A stretch of DNA of 64,000 nt from Andalucia godoyi And28 (lineage: Eukaryota; Protista; Jakobida). Shown piece after piece: positions 29,501-40,887 of this stretch. The DNA lies in assembly GCA_009859145.1 (NCBI GenBank), contig VRVR01000008.1:9494-73493 (forward strand), given 5' to 3'. The notes under the pieces are model-generated. The model saw nothing but the letters and a program-made list of their open reading frames with translations, was not told the DNA's origin and made no database searches. Numbering within the stretch: position 1 is the stretch's first letter; each line of letters begins with the position of its first letter. The position numbers and the translations under genes are program-made.

Positions 29501-32422
29501 CTCTATGGAAATTCCTTCTGCATTCTCCCTCCGACTAGCAGCTTCCGAGTATTCGTTGCCAAGATCTTGTTTCATCCTGCGTTCGAAAGTTGTGTCATGG
29601 TCATGATCGCGGCTTCGTGCGCTTCACTGGCTATGAATACTCCGGATCTCGATCCAAATTCTGCTACGGGTCAAGCCGTGTTCTATCTGGATGCGATTAC
29701 CACAGCGGCGTTTACTCTCGAAATGGTGGTGAGAATGATTACTCTTGGTGTCATGCTTCACAGGAATTCGTATTTCCGATCTGCCTGGAACTGCCTGGAT
29801 TTCTTTGTGGTTGCGATTTCAATTACGAGCTTGGCTTTGAATCGAGGAATGGGCCAATCTCTTGAACAAAAGCTGCTCCGCAGTCTTCGTGTTCTGCGGT
29901 CGATCAGGGTGCTGAAGCTGTTCTCCGGAATGCGACTTGTTGTCCACGCATTATTCCGTGCAGTTCCAGGTATCATTAACGTCGTGTTGCTCGCCATCAT
30001 CTTCTGGACCATATTTTCGATCATGGGAGTCCAGTTCTTCAAAGGTTCCTTTGGGTTTTGTAACGATACCACGGTGTACGATAAGGCCGAGTGCACCGGT
30101 CCGTGTGCTGCGGATTCTGGCTGTGATGGGGAGTCGCGGGATTGGGTAGTGCCTCCGTACAATTTCGACAATGTTGCGTACGCGTTCCTGACTCTCTGGT
30201 GTGTTGCGACACTGGAAGGATGGGTCACCATCATGTACGCTGCAATTGATGCCAGAGGTCAGAACATCCAACCACAAGAGAACTACCAGCCTCTATGGGC
30301 ATTTTACTTCATCATATTTATTATTTTTGGTTCCTTTTTCATCATCAATCTAGTGGTGGGAGTGCTGGTTGAACAATTTCAGCGCATTAAGGAGTCGGAA
30401 TTCGAAGGAGTTTTCATGACCGCGTCGCAAAAGGAATGGATCGATGTCCAGCGACAAATCGTTCGCGAATCTCCTCTCGTGAAAGCCGTCATGCCGGCAA
30501 CACACCCACGAAAAGCAGTGTTTATCGTTGCAACGTCTCCTGTATTTGATTTCTTTATGATCACAATCATTTGCCTCAATGTGATTATCATGACTACGCA
30601 ATACGAAGGACAGCCCGAGGAAATGACACTGTTTATTTACTGGTCAAACGTCGCGTTTACAGTGTGTTTCGTCATTGAAGCGATTCTAAAAATTGTAGCA
30701 TTGTCGGTGCGCATGTATTTCCGGGATGGTTGGAACCGGCTCGACTTTATCATCATCCTCACCTCGATCTTGGGAATTGTTCTGGACACCGGTGTGGTTG
30801 CAACCATCTTCCGAATTCTCCGCGTCCTTCGAGTCTTCCGGATTGTGAAGAAGGCACGATCTCTCCGTGCACTGCTGCGTACCCTGTGGTATTCGCTTCC
30901 GAATCTTGTGAATGTTGCGTCCATTCTCTTTCTGCTGTTTTTCATGTTTGCGGTGCTGGGCGTGAATTTGTTTTCAGAAGTCCAGCCCAATTCTCCTCGA
31001 GCTTTGAGTCGTCATGCGAATTTCGAGAACTGGCCAAACGCGATGCTTCTCTTGTTCCGAATGACCACCGGAGAATCGTGGTCTGCGATCATGTGGGATT
31101 GCATGGTGGAAGAACCGGACTGCGAGCCTGGGCATTGCGGCAGCAGCTACTCACCGATTTACTTTGTGCTATTCATGCTGTGCGGAACGTTCATCGTTGT
31201 GCAGTTGTTCATTGCAGTTATTTTGGAGAACTTCGAAGATACAATGGACCGTGATGCACAGAGGATCACCCCTGACGATTTGGAAGCCTTCACAGAGGCG
31301 TGGTCGAAGTTTGATCCACATGCCACCAAATTTATAGAGATTCGAGATCTCGCTTTGCTGATGCGCACGCTTCGCACTCCTCTTGGAGCGGCGGGACTGA
31401 AGAGAACGGATCTTACACGCCGTTTGCTAACGCTTCAAATCCCCTTTCACGGCGGCTTCGTTCATTTTCATGAAACTCTGCATGCGATGGGGATGTTTGT
31501 TTATGAGCTGCATTACGCAAAGTTTCTCGGCATCCCATTATCGCTGTTTTGGTCTCCTGCGTCCAGTCCTCCAGATTACATGTACGAAGTTTCTGCGGTT
31601 CGCCGAACATCCGCGTGGAATTCGCTTACATCGTTGATGATGGATTCGGGTAACTCGTTTCCGTTTCTTGCATATCCACCCGACGAACGATCCAGCACGG
31701 ATTTGGCGGTCACCAGTGACGTCATGGATCCCAAGAGCACCCGTTCAGCAAGTGGGTCTGTTTCTGGTCCCGAGGATCCCTTCAACACCGGAAAGACACC
31801 GAAGACTCCCCTCTCGGACACCAACAATACGATGATGCTTCTGAGCGAGCAAATGAAGAGACAAAAGGAGCTGAATCAACTGCAAAATCTGAAAGGATTC
31901 ACCTCGCGAGAGTATTTTGCCACAGTGATGGTCCAGTCGTTTTTCCGTGCTGCCAAGGCAATGAAGGAGCTGCGCATCATGAAAACGTCGAAAGCACAGT
32001 CTGTCGCGGAAAAGAAGAGGTACATGATCGACTCGCACATTCGATCCCTCATCAATCCTGCCCATGTCGCCATTGTTCATCAGCACCGCAAGGACGATGC
32101 CGTGTCTCCGAATCCACACCCGAGTCTGAATTCAAATCCAAATCCAAATCCGCTGGGTCCCGGACTGGGACTGGGACCTTCTCCACTGCGTTCTTCGGTG
32201 TCCCCAGCATTTTCTGCAACTTTGTCTTCTTCCAATCCAGCCCCGCCCTTGCACGCCGTTCGTTTGCCGCCGTTGCGAAGCACAAGTCCCACCCCATTGT
32301 CCAGTTCCACCCTGCATCTTACGGGAACTGCTAGTCGCATTTCGTTCACTGACCCGTCGTCACTGTCGCCCGACTCGCGTCCAGTCAATCCAGGACGATC
32401 CCGGCCTCCTCCCGGCAGTTGA
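26598..32422 (+). CDS. Four-domain voltage-gated Ca2+ channel alpha subunit (EEEE filter); exons 26598(or 26613)-26636 and 26777-32422
   Basis: Four 6-TM repeats with Arg-rich S4 segments; pore motifs SMEGW, TGENW, TLEGW, TGESW; EF-like KFDPHATKFI; IQ-like MVQSFFR. A phase-0 GTATGT...AATAG intron supplies the missing ATG. Confidence 0.93.
26637..26776 (+). other. Intron in channel gene
   Basis: GTATGT donor, T-rich interior, AAACAATAG acceptor; joins MVQKQEET to KVAQRQE in frame. Confidence 0.7.
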
Positions 32423-33036
32423 TGATCTCCAGTCGGCAACACCGACACTGTGCAAGACGCATGGACGAATCATTTCTCACCATCCGTATATGCGCTCTTG
32501 CATTGGAACCGAAATGCAAATTCAATTCAATTTTTCAGAAGAGGTGGGTAGACCGCAGTACGCCGAAGCATTCTTCGCACAGATACTGCGTGTAACATTC
32601 CAATCCCTCGATCCAGACGTGTGCCCCGAGGCTCGGAACTGAGAGACTGAGGACTGCTGAGGGGTTATTTTTTGTTCAATAGGGTTATATTAAAAAAAAG
32701 CGGGTGTTACGATATTCGGATAACAAGTTGGGAACACTCCGAATGCAAGATGTGAATAAGCTTTTGTGCATGCAGAACGTTTTTCTTTTTCCTTTTCTTT
32801 TTCCTTTTTTCCCTCCTTTCCCCCTTCTTTTCTGTTTTTTGTTCTCTGTGTTTTTTGCTCGTACGATCCTTTTGGGGAATACCATTTCAAAACTGGGCTG
32901 GAAATCAGCGCAAAAAGAAAAACAAAAAAATCATCATCGTCATAGCTTTTATTTTGTGCAAGTTAGTGTCGTGTTTTTCTCAGTTGCCAGTAAAAAACGT
33001 GTGCAGTTTTTTCGCAAGCAAGATTCGTTTGCTAGA

Positions 33037-34734
33037 ATGCCACAATCCAATCTTTCTGAAAAGACATACAAGTATCCCTTTCTGCAGCTGATCGTCAGTC
33101 ATGGATTTACATCGTTTGGAGATCGAATGTTTGCATTCAGCATCCCTCTGCTGTTTCTCCACTTGTTTCCCGAATCGCTGCTGATCCCGGCAATCCATGC
33201 ATTTTCCGTCCAGATATGCTTGTTCATCGTATCGCCGTCGATTGGCAACCTTGTGGACACCGTTGCAAGGTTGAAAATGGTTCGGTGGTCCTTCGCCTTC
33301 GCCAATGTCTGCGCTTCCATTTCTGCGCTATTCTTGCTGTTTATGGCACAGGTTTACCTGTCCGACGGCAGCAAGGGAACCTCGACTCTGCCGCTCTCCG
33401 ACCCGACATTCTGGTTCTTATTTAGCGGGCTACTTGTCTTTGCGGTTCTGAGCGAATGCGGGTCTACGGGAAGCAGCATTTCCGTGCTGAAGGACTGGAC
33501 TATTGTCATTGTTGAAGACGTGTGTCGCATTCGAAACGAAACGCGGGCAGCGGCAGACTGCGCTCTTGACGGCAGTGAGCCAGAATCAGCTCTTAAAAAT
33601 GTCGAAATGCAGAGTCTGATCTCAGCAACAGACAGCCCGCAGAGCGCCGATGGCCATGACGATGGCGATGGTGCGAATGATGGTCTGGGCGCAGTCAGCG
33701 AGTGCGACGGCCCCTCGATGCAGAACATCACGTTCGAAGATGAATGCGTGGGCTGCGGGGAGCAGACGGCAAACAGCAAGAGCAAGAACGGTGCTGGGGG
33801 CGTTGATGGTGGGGACGAGACCGCGACGCCGGCGGCCGCAGAGGCGCGACTCGACTCGAAGCAGGTACTTAGCAATTTAAATGCAGTCATGCGGCGAGTG
33901 GACCTGTCATGCGACATTCTGGCTCCGCTGGTGTTTTCCATCATGCTTGAAACGGTCACGGTGTTCTACTCGATTGTGTTTGTGATTTTGTGGAACCTTC
34001 TTTCGCTTCCTGTCGAGTACGGGCTCCTCGCAGCCTTGTACAAGAGCATTCCGACACTAGCATCAAAGAACACAAGAACACCAGACAAGATAGGGAACAA
34101 AAAGCCACACCCGCTTGTTGTGCTTGTTCGGGGCATTCGCCAGTACCATCGAGAGCCAATTTTTCGAGCGAGCTTTGGCTATGTCTGGCTGTACATGACT
34201 TCTCTTTCACCAGGTGTGATGATGGTGGCGTACTTGGCTGCCATCGGCACTCCAACGATTGCTGTGGCGGTCTTCCGGGGGTTGACTGCCCTGTTTGGAC
34301 TGCTGGGTACCATTCTGTACCCTTGGTCGTCTGCGAAGACCGGTGTCGTGCGTACGGGAGTTCTGAGCATTTCTGCGTTCTGCTTCGTGATTGGAGTTGC
34401 TGCTTGCACGGTCATTGGGGCTCATGTCGCGGACGCATCTTCGGCTGCAATACCGTACATCCTCATGCTATGCATCATCACCAGTCGCAGTTTTCTGTGG
34501 TGCTTTGATCTCGCAGAAACGCAAATCATGCAGACCAGAGTGGATGATTCTCGACGAGGCCTGGTCAACGGCGTGGAAACGTGCCTTTCCCAGTTATTCT
34601 CCATGGTGGCCTTTGTGCCCGCAATGGTGTTTAGCAGTCCAGATGATTTCTACGTGCTTTGCATCATCAGCATGGGAGCCGTTTGCATCGGGACGTCCTG
34701 TTTCGTCTCCTATGGACACAAATTTCCACACTGA
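33037..34734 (+). CDS. SLC40A1: Ferroportin (SLC40/IREG) metal exporter
   Basis: SHGFTSFGDRMFAF, SPSIGNLVDT, NLNAVMRRVDLSCDILAP, SRSFLWCFDLAETQIMQ, GLVNGVETCL. ATG at 33037; the track ORF is over-extended upstream. Confidence 0.92.
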   Translation: MPQSNLSEKTYKYPFLQLIVSHGFTSFGDRMFAFSIPLLFLHLFPESLLIPAIHAFSVQICLFIVSPSIGNLVDTVARLKMVRWSFAFANVCASISALFLLFMAQVYLSDGSKGTSTLPLSDPTFWFLFSGLLVFAVLSECGSTGSSISVLKDWTIVIVEDVCRIRNETRAAADCALDGSEPESALKNVEMQSLISATDSPQSADGHDDGDGANDGLGAVSECDGPSMQNITFEDECVGCGEQTANSKSKNGAGGVDGGDETATPAAAEARLDSKQVLSNLNAVMRRVDLSCDILAPLVFSIMLETVTVFYSIVFVILWNLLSLPVEYGLLAALYKSIPTLASKNTRTPDKIGNKKPHPLVVLVRGIRQYHREPIFRASFGYVWLYMTSLSPGVMMVAYLAAIGTPTIAVAVFRGLTALFGLLGTILYPWSSAKTGVVRTGVLSISAFCFVIGVAACTVIGAHVADASSAAIPYILMLCIITSRSFLWCFDLAETQIMQTRVDDSRRGLVNGVETCLSQLFSMVAFVPAMVFSSPDDFYVLCIISMGAVCIGTSCFVSYGHKFPH

Positions 34735-35123
34735 TTGGGGTCGACTCGGGAGGTTTGTTTCCGTTTATTGCCGAGACGCCGGTGCCAAGTCTGCCGAGTG
34801 AGGTAGCCCTGTAGACGGCACCTTCACACTTGCAGAAGTAAAAGAGTATGAAAATGATCTTGTTTACACAATTTCGCATAAATACAGCCACTCTACGCAT
34901 GATCCGACAGCTGAGGGAGAAGACAGAACAAAATCAAAATATATGAGCAATGTGCAAAATACATAAACAAAGAGAGCATTCATAAAAAAAAGAAGCGATC
35001 GTTAGAGGCGATTGAGTCAGTAATCACATTGACAACATGGAAATTTTTGTGTCGATTTGGGTTATTCAGAAGACCGTCGTGATTAGTCTCATCAGCAAGC
35101 AATTGCCTCCAACTTTTCGCAGG

Positions 35124-35161
<38 letters not shown>

Positions 35162-35229
35162 AACATCAAAAACAAGAAGGGAATGAGAAAAGCAAGAACA
35201 TACATTTTTCTTGTTTGAAAAAAGATCAA

Positions 35230-35766
35230 TCAATCCTTCTTCGGCGACGACTCGGGCGTGTCTTTTTTTGCAGTAAATCGCGAGGTAAACTGTTTGACAC
35301 GATCACCAAACGGAACTAACCAGCTTTGGGCTCCGAAAGCAGAAGAAGACGCCGCATTCCGAAAGTTGACAACGGAATCCTTCAAACCGAGCTGATTCAG
35401 TTTCTCCATCTTTTCGGGAACCCACTTCTTCATCTTTTCAGAAAACTCGGGAATGGATCTCACTTCCATCTTGTACGCAATGAGCGCGACACCTGCAGAT
35501 ACAGAGGTCAGTGCCAGCAACGTCCCATACGCAAACGCGCGAAACGCCAGTCGAGCACCCAAGGCTTGTGCCTCTGGAGCGATTGCACCCTCTGCAGCAC
35601 TGGCTGTGGTTGACGGTACCCTTTCCGGAAGTTCAGCCGAGAGAGATCCTGTCTTGATGTCTTGCCATGAAGATTTTAGCAGAGATCGGAGGGACGGGAT
35701 CTCCGGCTCCTCCGCTTCAGCAGGAGCCGGAGTCTGAGGAGACGGATACTGTCCTGAACTTGACAT
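35230..35766 (-). CDS. TMEM242: TMEM242/DUF1358-like mitochondrial membrane protein
   Basis: GARLAFRAFAYGTLLALTSVSAGVALIAYKMEVRSIPEFSEKMKKWVP parallels TMEM242 (ALRALGWGSL...GVHSMKDFRSKMQSIFP). ATG at 35766. Confidence 0.7.
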   Translation of the reverse strand: MSSSGQYPSPQTPAPAEAEEPEIPSLRSLLKSSWQDIKTGSLSAELPERVPSTTASAAEGAIAPEAQALGARLAFRAFAYGTLLALTSVSAGVALIAYKMEVRSIPEFSEKMKKWVPEKMEKLNQLGLKDSVVNFRNAASSSAFGAQSWLVPFGDRVKQFTSRFTAKKDTPESSPKKD

Positions 35767-36265
35767 TCTTTGGATCACATCCGACCTCAAACCTATGCAC
35801 AAGGGCAATCTTTCACAGTCTGCAAGAGACGAAAAAGGAAAGCAAAGCAAAAGAGAAGAAAAGGAGAGAGAAACGAGACGAGAAGCGAAAAGACCACTCT
35901 TCGGATTCCCTTTTTTTTTCTCGCGCAGAAGGGTTTCCAATTGTATTGTGCACATCACTAAAAACCCTTCTCCTGTCGTAAACAAAAAACAAAACAAAAT
36001 TTCAATTGAAAAAAATGTCATCCAATGACGTCACTGACACAACCAGCACACATTTTTGGAACTGCTTGAAATTGTCAGTTTAGAAAGAGAAAGGGGCTCT
36101 CTCGTTGTCCATGGCTTGTTTTGTTTTGCAATCTTTTTTTGATTTTCCACCAAGAAAAAAAAAGAAAGAAAAGGCCTTCAAAAAGCAAAAGTGACTCATT
36201 GTGATCATCGGCTATACATAATAATTTTTCTTCTTTCTTTTTTGTGATTCATTGTTGAGCACAGA

Positions 36266-37243
36266 ATGGGAAAGGATTACTATGCGGTTTTGGGAGTTTC
36301 ACGCTCTGCAACGGAAGATGAGCTGAAGAAGGCGTACAAGAAGCTTGCATTGAAATTCCATCCAGACAAAAACCCAGGAAACGAAGCTGCGGAGACACGA
36401 TTCAAGGAGATCAGTGAGGCGTATGAAGTTTTGAGCGACCCGAAGAAGAAGGAGATCTATGACCAGTACGGTGAGGATGGATTGAAAGGCGGGGCCCCGA
36501 CAGGTGGCGGAGGATTCCACGGCGGTTCGTTCCACTTCCAAGATCCGAATGATCTGTTTGCCACAATCTTTGGAAATGCACATCCCTTTGGATCCGGTTT
36601 CTTCTCGGGAGGCGGGATGGGGGATGAAGACGGAATGTTTGGTGGCGGTGGTCGAATGGGCGGAATGGGCGGTCGTCGAGGGTATGCCCAACCGCAAAAA
36701 CAGCCAGAGATACTCAAGGAGATTTCCCTTCCTCTTGAAGATTTGTACAAGGGATGCACGAAGAAGTTCAGCATTACGCGCCAGGTGATGAACCCGGATG
36801 GACGGTCTGCCCGCCAGGAGTCCAAGACTCTCACGTTTGACGTCAAGCCAGGATGGAAGGCTGGCACCAAAGTGCGCTTCGATCAGGAGGGCGACCAGGC
36901 TCCCGGCACAATCCCGGCAGATATGGTGTTTGTGATCAAGGAGAAGGAGCATCCGCGGTTCCGACGAGACGGAGATACGCTCATCTACACACACACGCTG
37001 CCACTTGTCCAAGCACTGACGGGATGCAACATTGATATTGAGACCCTGGACGGACGCAGGATCACAGTTCCTATGCGAGAAATGATCACGCCAAGCACGA
37101 CAAAGGTGGTCATTGGAGAAGGAATGCCCATCCGAAACACGGGTGCAAAGGGAGACTTGCACATCAAGTTCAACATTCGGTTCCCTACGCATCTGACGGA
37201 AGAGCAAAAGGCTGCGCTTTCAAAGATACTTCCTGCTTCATGA
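36266..37243 (+). CDS. DNAJB: Type II Hsp40 (DNAJB/Sis1-like)
   Basis: [12 protein letters not shown]-domain with HPD, G/F region, C-terminal domains ([14 protein letters not shown]-like PADMVF, GEGMP, GDLHIKF), no zinc finger. Confidence 0.96.
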   Translation: MGKDYYAVLGVSRSATEDELKKAYKKLALKFHPDKNPGNEAAETRFKEISEAYEVLSDPKKKEIYDQYGEDGLKGGAPTGGGGFHGGSFHFQDPNDLFATIFGNAHPFGSGFFSGGGMGDEDGMFGGGGRMGGMGGRRGYAQPQKQPEILKEISLPLEDLYKGCTKKFSITRQVMNPDGRSARQESKTLTFDVKPGWKAGTKVRFDQEGDQAPGTIPADMVFVIKEKEHPRFRRDGDTLIYTHTLPLVQALTGCNIDIETLDGRRITVPMREMITPSTTKVVIGEGMPIRNTGAKGDLHIKFNIRFPTHLTEEQKAALSKILPAS

Positions 37244-38100
37244 ACAGATGATAGTCGGCCTGATGTGTCCTCTGCATCTCGTTCCCCGTTCAATGGTAAG
37301 AGCAACTCGAAGGGACGGGAAAACAGGTCGGGAATGAGCGAGCGGAGAGAGGAGCACGGAATGTACAGATCCACAGGCCGAACATCGCAAGAACAGGAGC
37401 AAGGAGGAGGAGAAGAGATTTTCATAAGAAGAAACGCGAGCAGATCGCAGCAGCCGTCCCCATCGTGGTTGGATTGGATTCGATCCAAGCTGTGAAATGC
37501 TCACCGTTCCTTTTTTTTCTTCTCTTTTTTTCATAATAATTTTTTTTCATAATTTTTTTTATATTTTTATGCAATGATTTTTGGTTTGTTGTTGCTGTCT
37601 TCGGTATTCCAAAAAACCTTCCCCAGTGTTCGTGTTCGTGTGTGTTCGTGTGTGTTCTCATCATCACGTGTACGTCGATCTTCATGTAGTCATTTCCTAA
37701 AGAGAGCGACCAAGCAGGCTGTCGTGCACTATGCAATGGAAAGAAAAAGAAAAGAGAAGAAAACAGCCTTGTATATTTGTCCATGTTTCTGTTTCTATCG
37801 TGTATTCTTATGCCCCTCAAACAAAACAAAGGGGGAAAAAAAAAAGAAAGAAAGGAAGACGCAACCAGTGGATGCCCCCCCACTGCCAGCTCTGAGACAC
37901 ACACTCTCTTCATGTAAATCAGGAAATTGCCACTGCACTGACCCCGCGCACAAGCAAACGAAGCGAACGCGCACCGCAGACAAACGCACGTTCTCGGAAG
38001 CGGCAAGAAAGAAGCTGCGGCACGATTGCTATGCTGCAGTTTCCATTTAATCCAGCTGTGAACGTCGAATGACCGTCCGAGAGAGCTGTTTTGATCTTCT

Positions 38101-38610
38101 CTATTGTTTCGGAGTTCCAGTGCGAGGCTGTCTGCCTTGTTTTTCCTTGAACACCATCTTTTGAAACTGCGGCTTCTTGACGACATGCGCACCAGAGAGC
38201 GTGGTTGCCTTTTCTCTAGGAGCCTTTCCGCTGGTGGAATCAAATCCACCACAGATTCCAAACAGCTGTTTCAGTTCTTCCGGATCTGGCTCGCTGACCT
38301 TTGCAAGCTCGTTCACGTTGGCTTTCGTGCTGTCCACGTGCTCCTGTTGTTTTCTTTCACTCTCCCTCTCCCTCTCCCTCTCCCTCTCCTGCAGCTGCTC
38401 TTCGAGGAACCGCTGTTCGTCCAATTCACGAAGATATCGTGCTTCCGCTGTCCTGTCTGATGAAGACGGCGGAGGTCTCTGCCGATCCAGCTTGCTGTAC
38501 GGCTGATCTCGGCTCCGACCACGATGGTCACCGCGTCCTTCCTTCATCTGCACAGCGTGTTCGGACACCCCGCGCTGCTCTTCACGGAGAATGAAATCAT
38601 TGCTGACCAT
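38101..38610 (-). CDS. SNRNP27: U4/U6.U5 tri-snRNP 27 kDa protein-like
   Basis: RS/RD-rich N-terminus and ELKQLFGICGGFDSTSGK, matching the DUF1777 GF.GFDSTKGK motif. C-terminus divergent. Confidence 0.72.
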   Translation of the reverse strand: MVSNDFILREEQRGVSEHAVQMKEGRGDHRGRSRDQPYSKLDRQRPPPSSSDRTAEARYLRELDEQRFLEEQLQERERERERESERKQQEHVDSTKANVNELAKVSEPDPEELKQLFGICGGFDSTSGKAPREKATTLSGAHVVKKPQFQKMVFKEKQGRQPRTGTPKQ

Positions 38611-38643
38611 GGTCCGACTCGCTTCCTCTTATCGGGTGTTTTT

Positions 38644-38646
<3 letters not shown>

Positions 38647-38688
<42 letters not shown>
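38647..38688. repeat. (CT)n microsatellite
   Basis: Read directly; upstream of SNRNP27. Confidence 0.9.
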
Positions 38689-38691
<3 letters not shown>

Positions 38692-38944
38692 CAACTAGCA
38701 TCAAGCTGCAGGCGTAGTATTTTTTCACTGATTTTTTTAAATTGTAAACAGTAAATAGTAATAATTAAATAATTCAAACTGAATATATAAGGTTGCTATG
38801 TATGTGACCAAGAAGGTTGGACAGAAGCCTCTGTGCAAAAAATTTCTTCTTGGTGGTTTTTGAAGGTTTTTGCGACCAGCCCCGCGTCGTCAGCGAGAAC
38901 TCGGAATTCGAGAATGGAGGCAAGAAGTGAAAGCGCGCCGATTT

Positions 38945-40534
38945 TTACTTTGGATCCAGCTGGAAATAGATTTCCTGGCCACAAAGAGACGCGGAATGAA
39001 CAATGCTGATCTTGTTCTTTCCGGCATAGGTAACTTGGACATTCGATGGCGGGTACACTGACGTCGTGTAGCCATTCGGATACCAGAGATTCTCGCTGAA
39101 ATACACCTCTGTGAGCTTTGATGCAGATCTGCAATCCGCAACATACGACAGCCGGAACGAGCCTGAGTCGGGATAGAATCGATTCTGCTTCGGGACCCCG
39201 GCGATGCGTTGCGCATGAGAGCGAGACAGGGCCTTGACTTTGTCAAGCTGCATTGACCCGTCTGGATTGAACAGGGACTCGCTGGAATCCCCAGAAGTGG
39301 TCAAGTCGTGGAAGTACTTGTATTGCCAGTACGTCCAACTTTGCAGGTGGTCATCAGCAAGATTCAAGACATAATGATCGCCGTCGACTCCAATGGTCTT
39401 GTTGTCATTGGCACCGAATTCGGTCAAGAACGATGCGCCCACATTCGAAATGCGTTTTGCATCGTCTAGCCGGGTGTAAAATGCATGGTCCCATTCGACC
39501 ATACAAAGCGCTAGACTCTTTGGATCCAGGTGGCTGTCCGAGTCGGAGCAGTACACATGGTATGAGTACACCGTGGTGTTGGTTGCTTTCGACCCTCCGG
39601 GAAAACTTTCGAACCCAGCACCAAAGTCCGAGCCGTGCACCGCACATTCATATGCGATTGCATGGCTCTCATCGTGCTTGCGGATGCGCTGGTATGCAGC
39701 CTCGTACAATGGAACGAGGTTCTTTCGATCGCCCAGTCCACTGATCAACTCCAGCTCGGGATACTTGTGGACATCGCCAGGCCAAGGCTCGTTCAGGAGC
39801 TCGTACATGATCACATACGGGTTCCCAGCAAACCGGAGCGCAACCTGCTCCCAGAACCCGGCAAAGTGGTCTTTTCCGCCGTGCACATTATCATAAAAGT
39901 CCTGAAACATCGAGCTCACGGCATACGACCAATATCCGCTAAAAAAATTAATACTGAGACACTGGTCAAGATCAATCAGGCCCGTCGTTTGGTTCACCGG
40001 AAACGGATCTTTCGTGACAGGGACTGGATACCCTGCAGAACCTGCAGCTGGCGCGACAACGCCTTCATACGCGCCTTCGCCGCACGTCTTTCGAGACAGC
40101 AAATCCTGATGCGCATCGAGAATTGTGTAGATGCCATACTTGCCAAGCTGGTTCACAAGATACTCCATCTCGGACAAGTACGTCGAGTTGTACGCGTAGT
40201 CGCCGATTTCGACTCCAGGCCACTCACATCCGAGCCGGACAGCTGTAACACCCATTTCCTGCAGAAACGCAAAGTCCTGCTCCACCATGCTCGTCGAGAC
40301 GTCCCATGGCCCCGATGTTCGAGGCACAAACGGAAACACCTTGTACACAACATTGACTCCATGAAATATCGCAACCCGGTCATCAATCTTAAAATGCCCA
40401 ATCGATGAATCCACCTGTACAAAACCCTCTGTCCGTGCATGCGCGCAGACACTCATGTACACGCACATTGCAACGCTCGCAACAATCAAAAGACTCAATC
40501 GACGAACACGAACCGTCGTCATCGTCATCGTCAT
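38945..40534 (-). CDS. Secreted/lysosomal glycoside hydrolase family 5, endoglycoceramidase-like
   Basis: Signal peptide, IFHGVNVVYK, YTILDAHQD, acid/base YELLNEP, nucleophile FLTEFG, WTYWQYK, and C-terminal beta domain LSRSHAQRIAG. Confidence 0.9.
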   Translation of the reverse strand: MTMTMTTVRVRRLSLLIVASVAMCVYMSVCAHARTEGFVQVDSSIGHFKIDDRVAIFHGVNVVYKVFPFVPRTSGPWDVSTSMVEQDFAFLQEMGVTAVRLGCEWPGVEIGDYAYNSTYLSEMEYLVNQLGKYGIYTILDAHQDLLSRKTCGEGAYEGVVAPAAGSAGYPVPVTKDPFPVNQTTGLIDLDQCLSINFFSGYWSYAVSSMFQDFYDNVHGGKDHFAGFWEQVALRFAGNPYVIMYELLNEPWPGDVHKYPELELISGLGDRKNLVPLYEAAYQRIRKHDESHAIAYECAVHGSDFGAGFESFPGGSKATNTTVYSYHVYCSDSDSHLDPKSLALCMVEWDHAFYTRLDDAKRISNVGASFLTEFGANDNKTIGVDGDHYVLNLADDHLQSWTYWQYKYFHDLTTSGDSSESLFNPDGSMQLDKVKALSRSHAQRIAGVPKQNRFYPDSGSFRLSYVADCRSASKLTEVYFSENLWYPNGYTTSVYPPSNVQVTYAGKNKISIVHSASLCGQEIYFQLDPK

Positions 40535-40751
40535 CAACCTTTGGAAAAAGTGTCAAGGCAAGAGAGACACGTGCAAATCCTCTGAAAATCTCAGTCAAAC
40601 GCTCAACACCCACCACACATTCAGACCGCAGACGTCCGATGTTCACGCGCCAGCGTACTGTAGTCAAACCGCCCTTTTTTCCCACTTATTATTTCGAGTT
40701 TCCCTTTTTGCCGTCACGACTTTTTTCACTTTTCGTTTTCGTGTATTGTTC

Positions 40752-40783
<32 letters not shown>

Positions 40784-40887
40784 GTCTCTGCCTCTGTCTC
40801 TCTCTTTTCTTTTCTTCTTCTTCCTCTGCTCTGTTAAAACAGAAAAGGCGAAAAAGCTAAAGAAAAAAGAAGGGGAATACCTCTGTC

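Noticed and set aside
36025-36032. TGACGTCA CRE-like palindrome (also 5749)
   Set aside because: The same octamer occurs inside coding regions (31717, about 36838); no evidence of enrichment.
36299-37207. Long antisense ORFs (also 558-1118, 11990-12490, 18701-19207, 39635-40408, 42630-43808, 50110-51325)
   Set aside because: Shadows of well-supported genes on the opposite strand; no motifs.
37250-37490. Minus-strand frame with faint C2-domain-like wording overlapping the DNAJB 3' end
   Set aside because: No consistent upstream exons, and the frame runs antisense into DNAJB; more likely 3' UTR.
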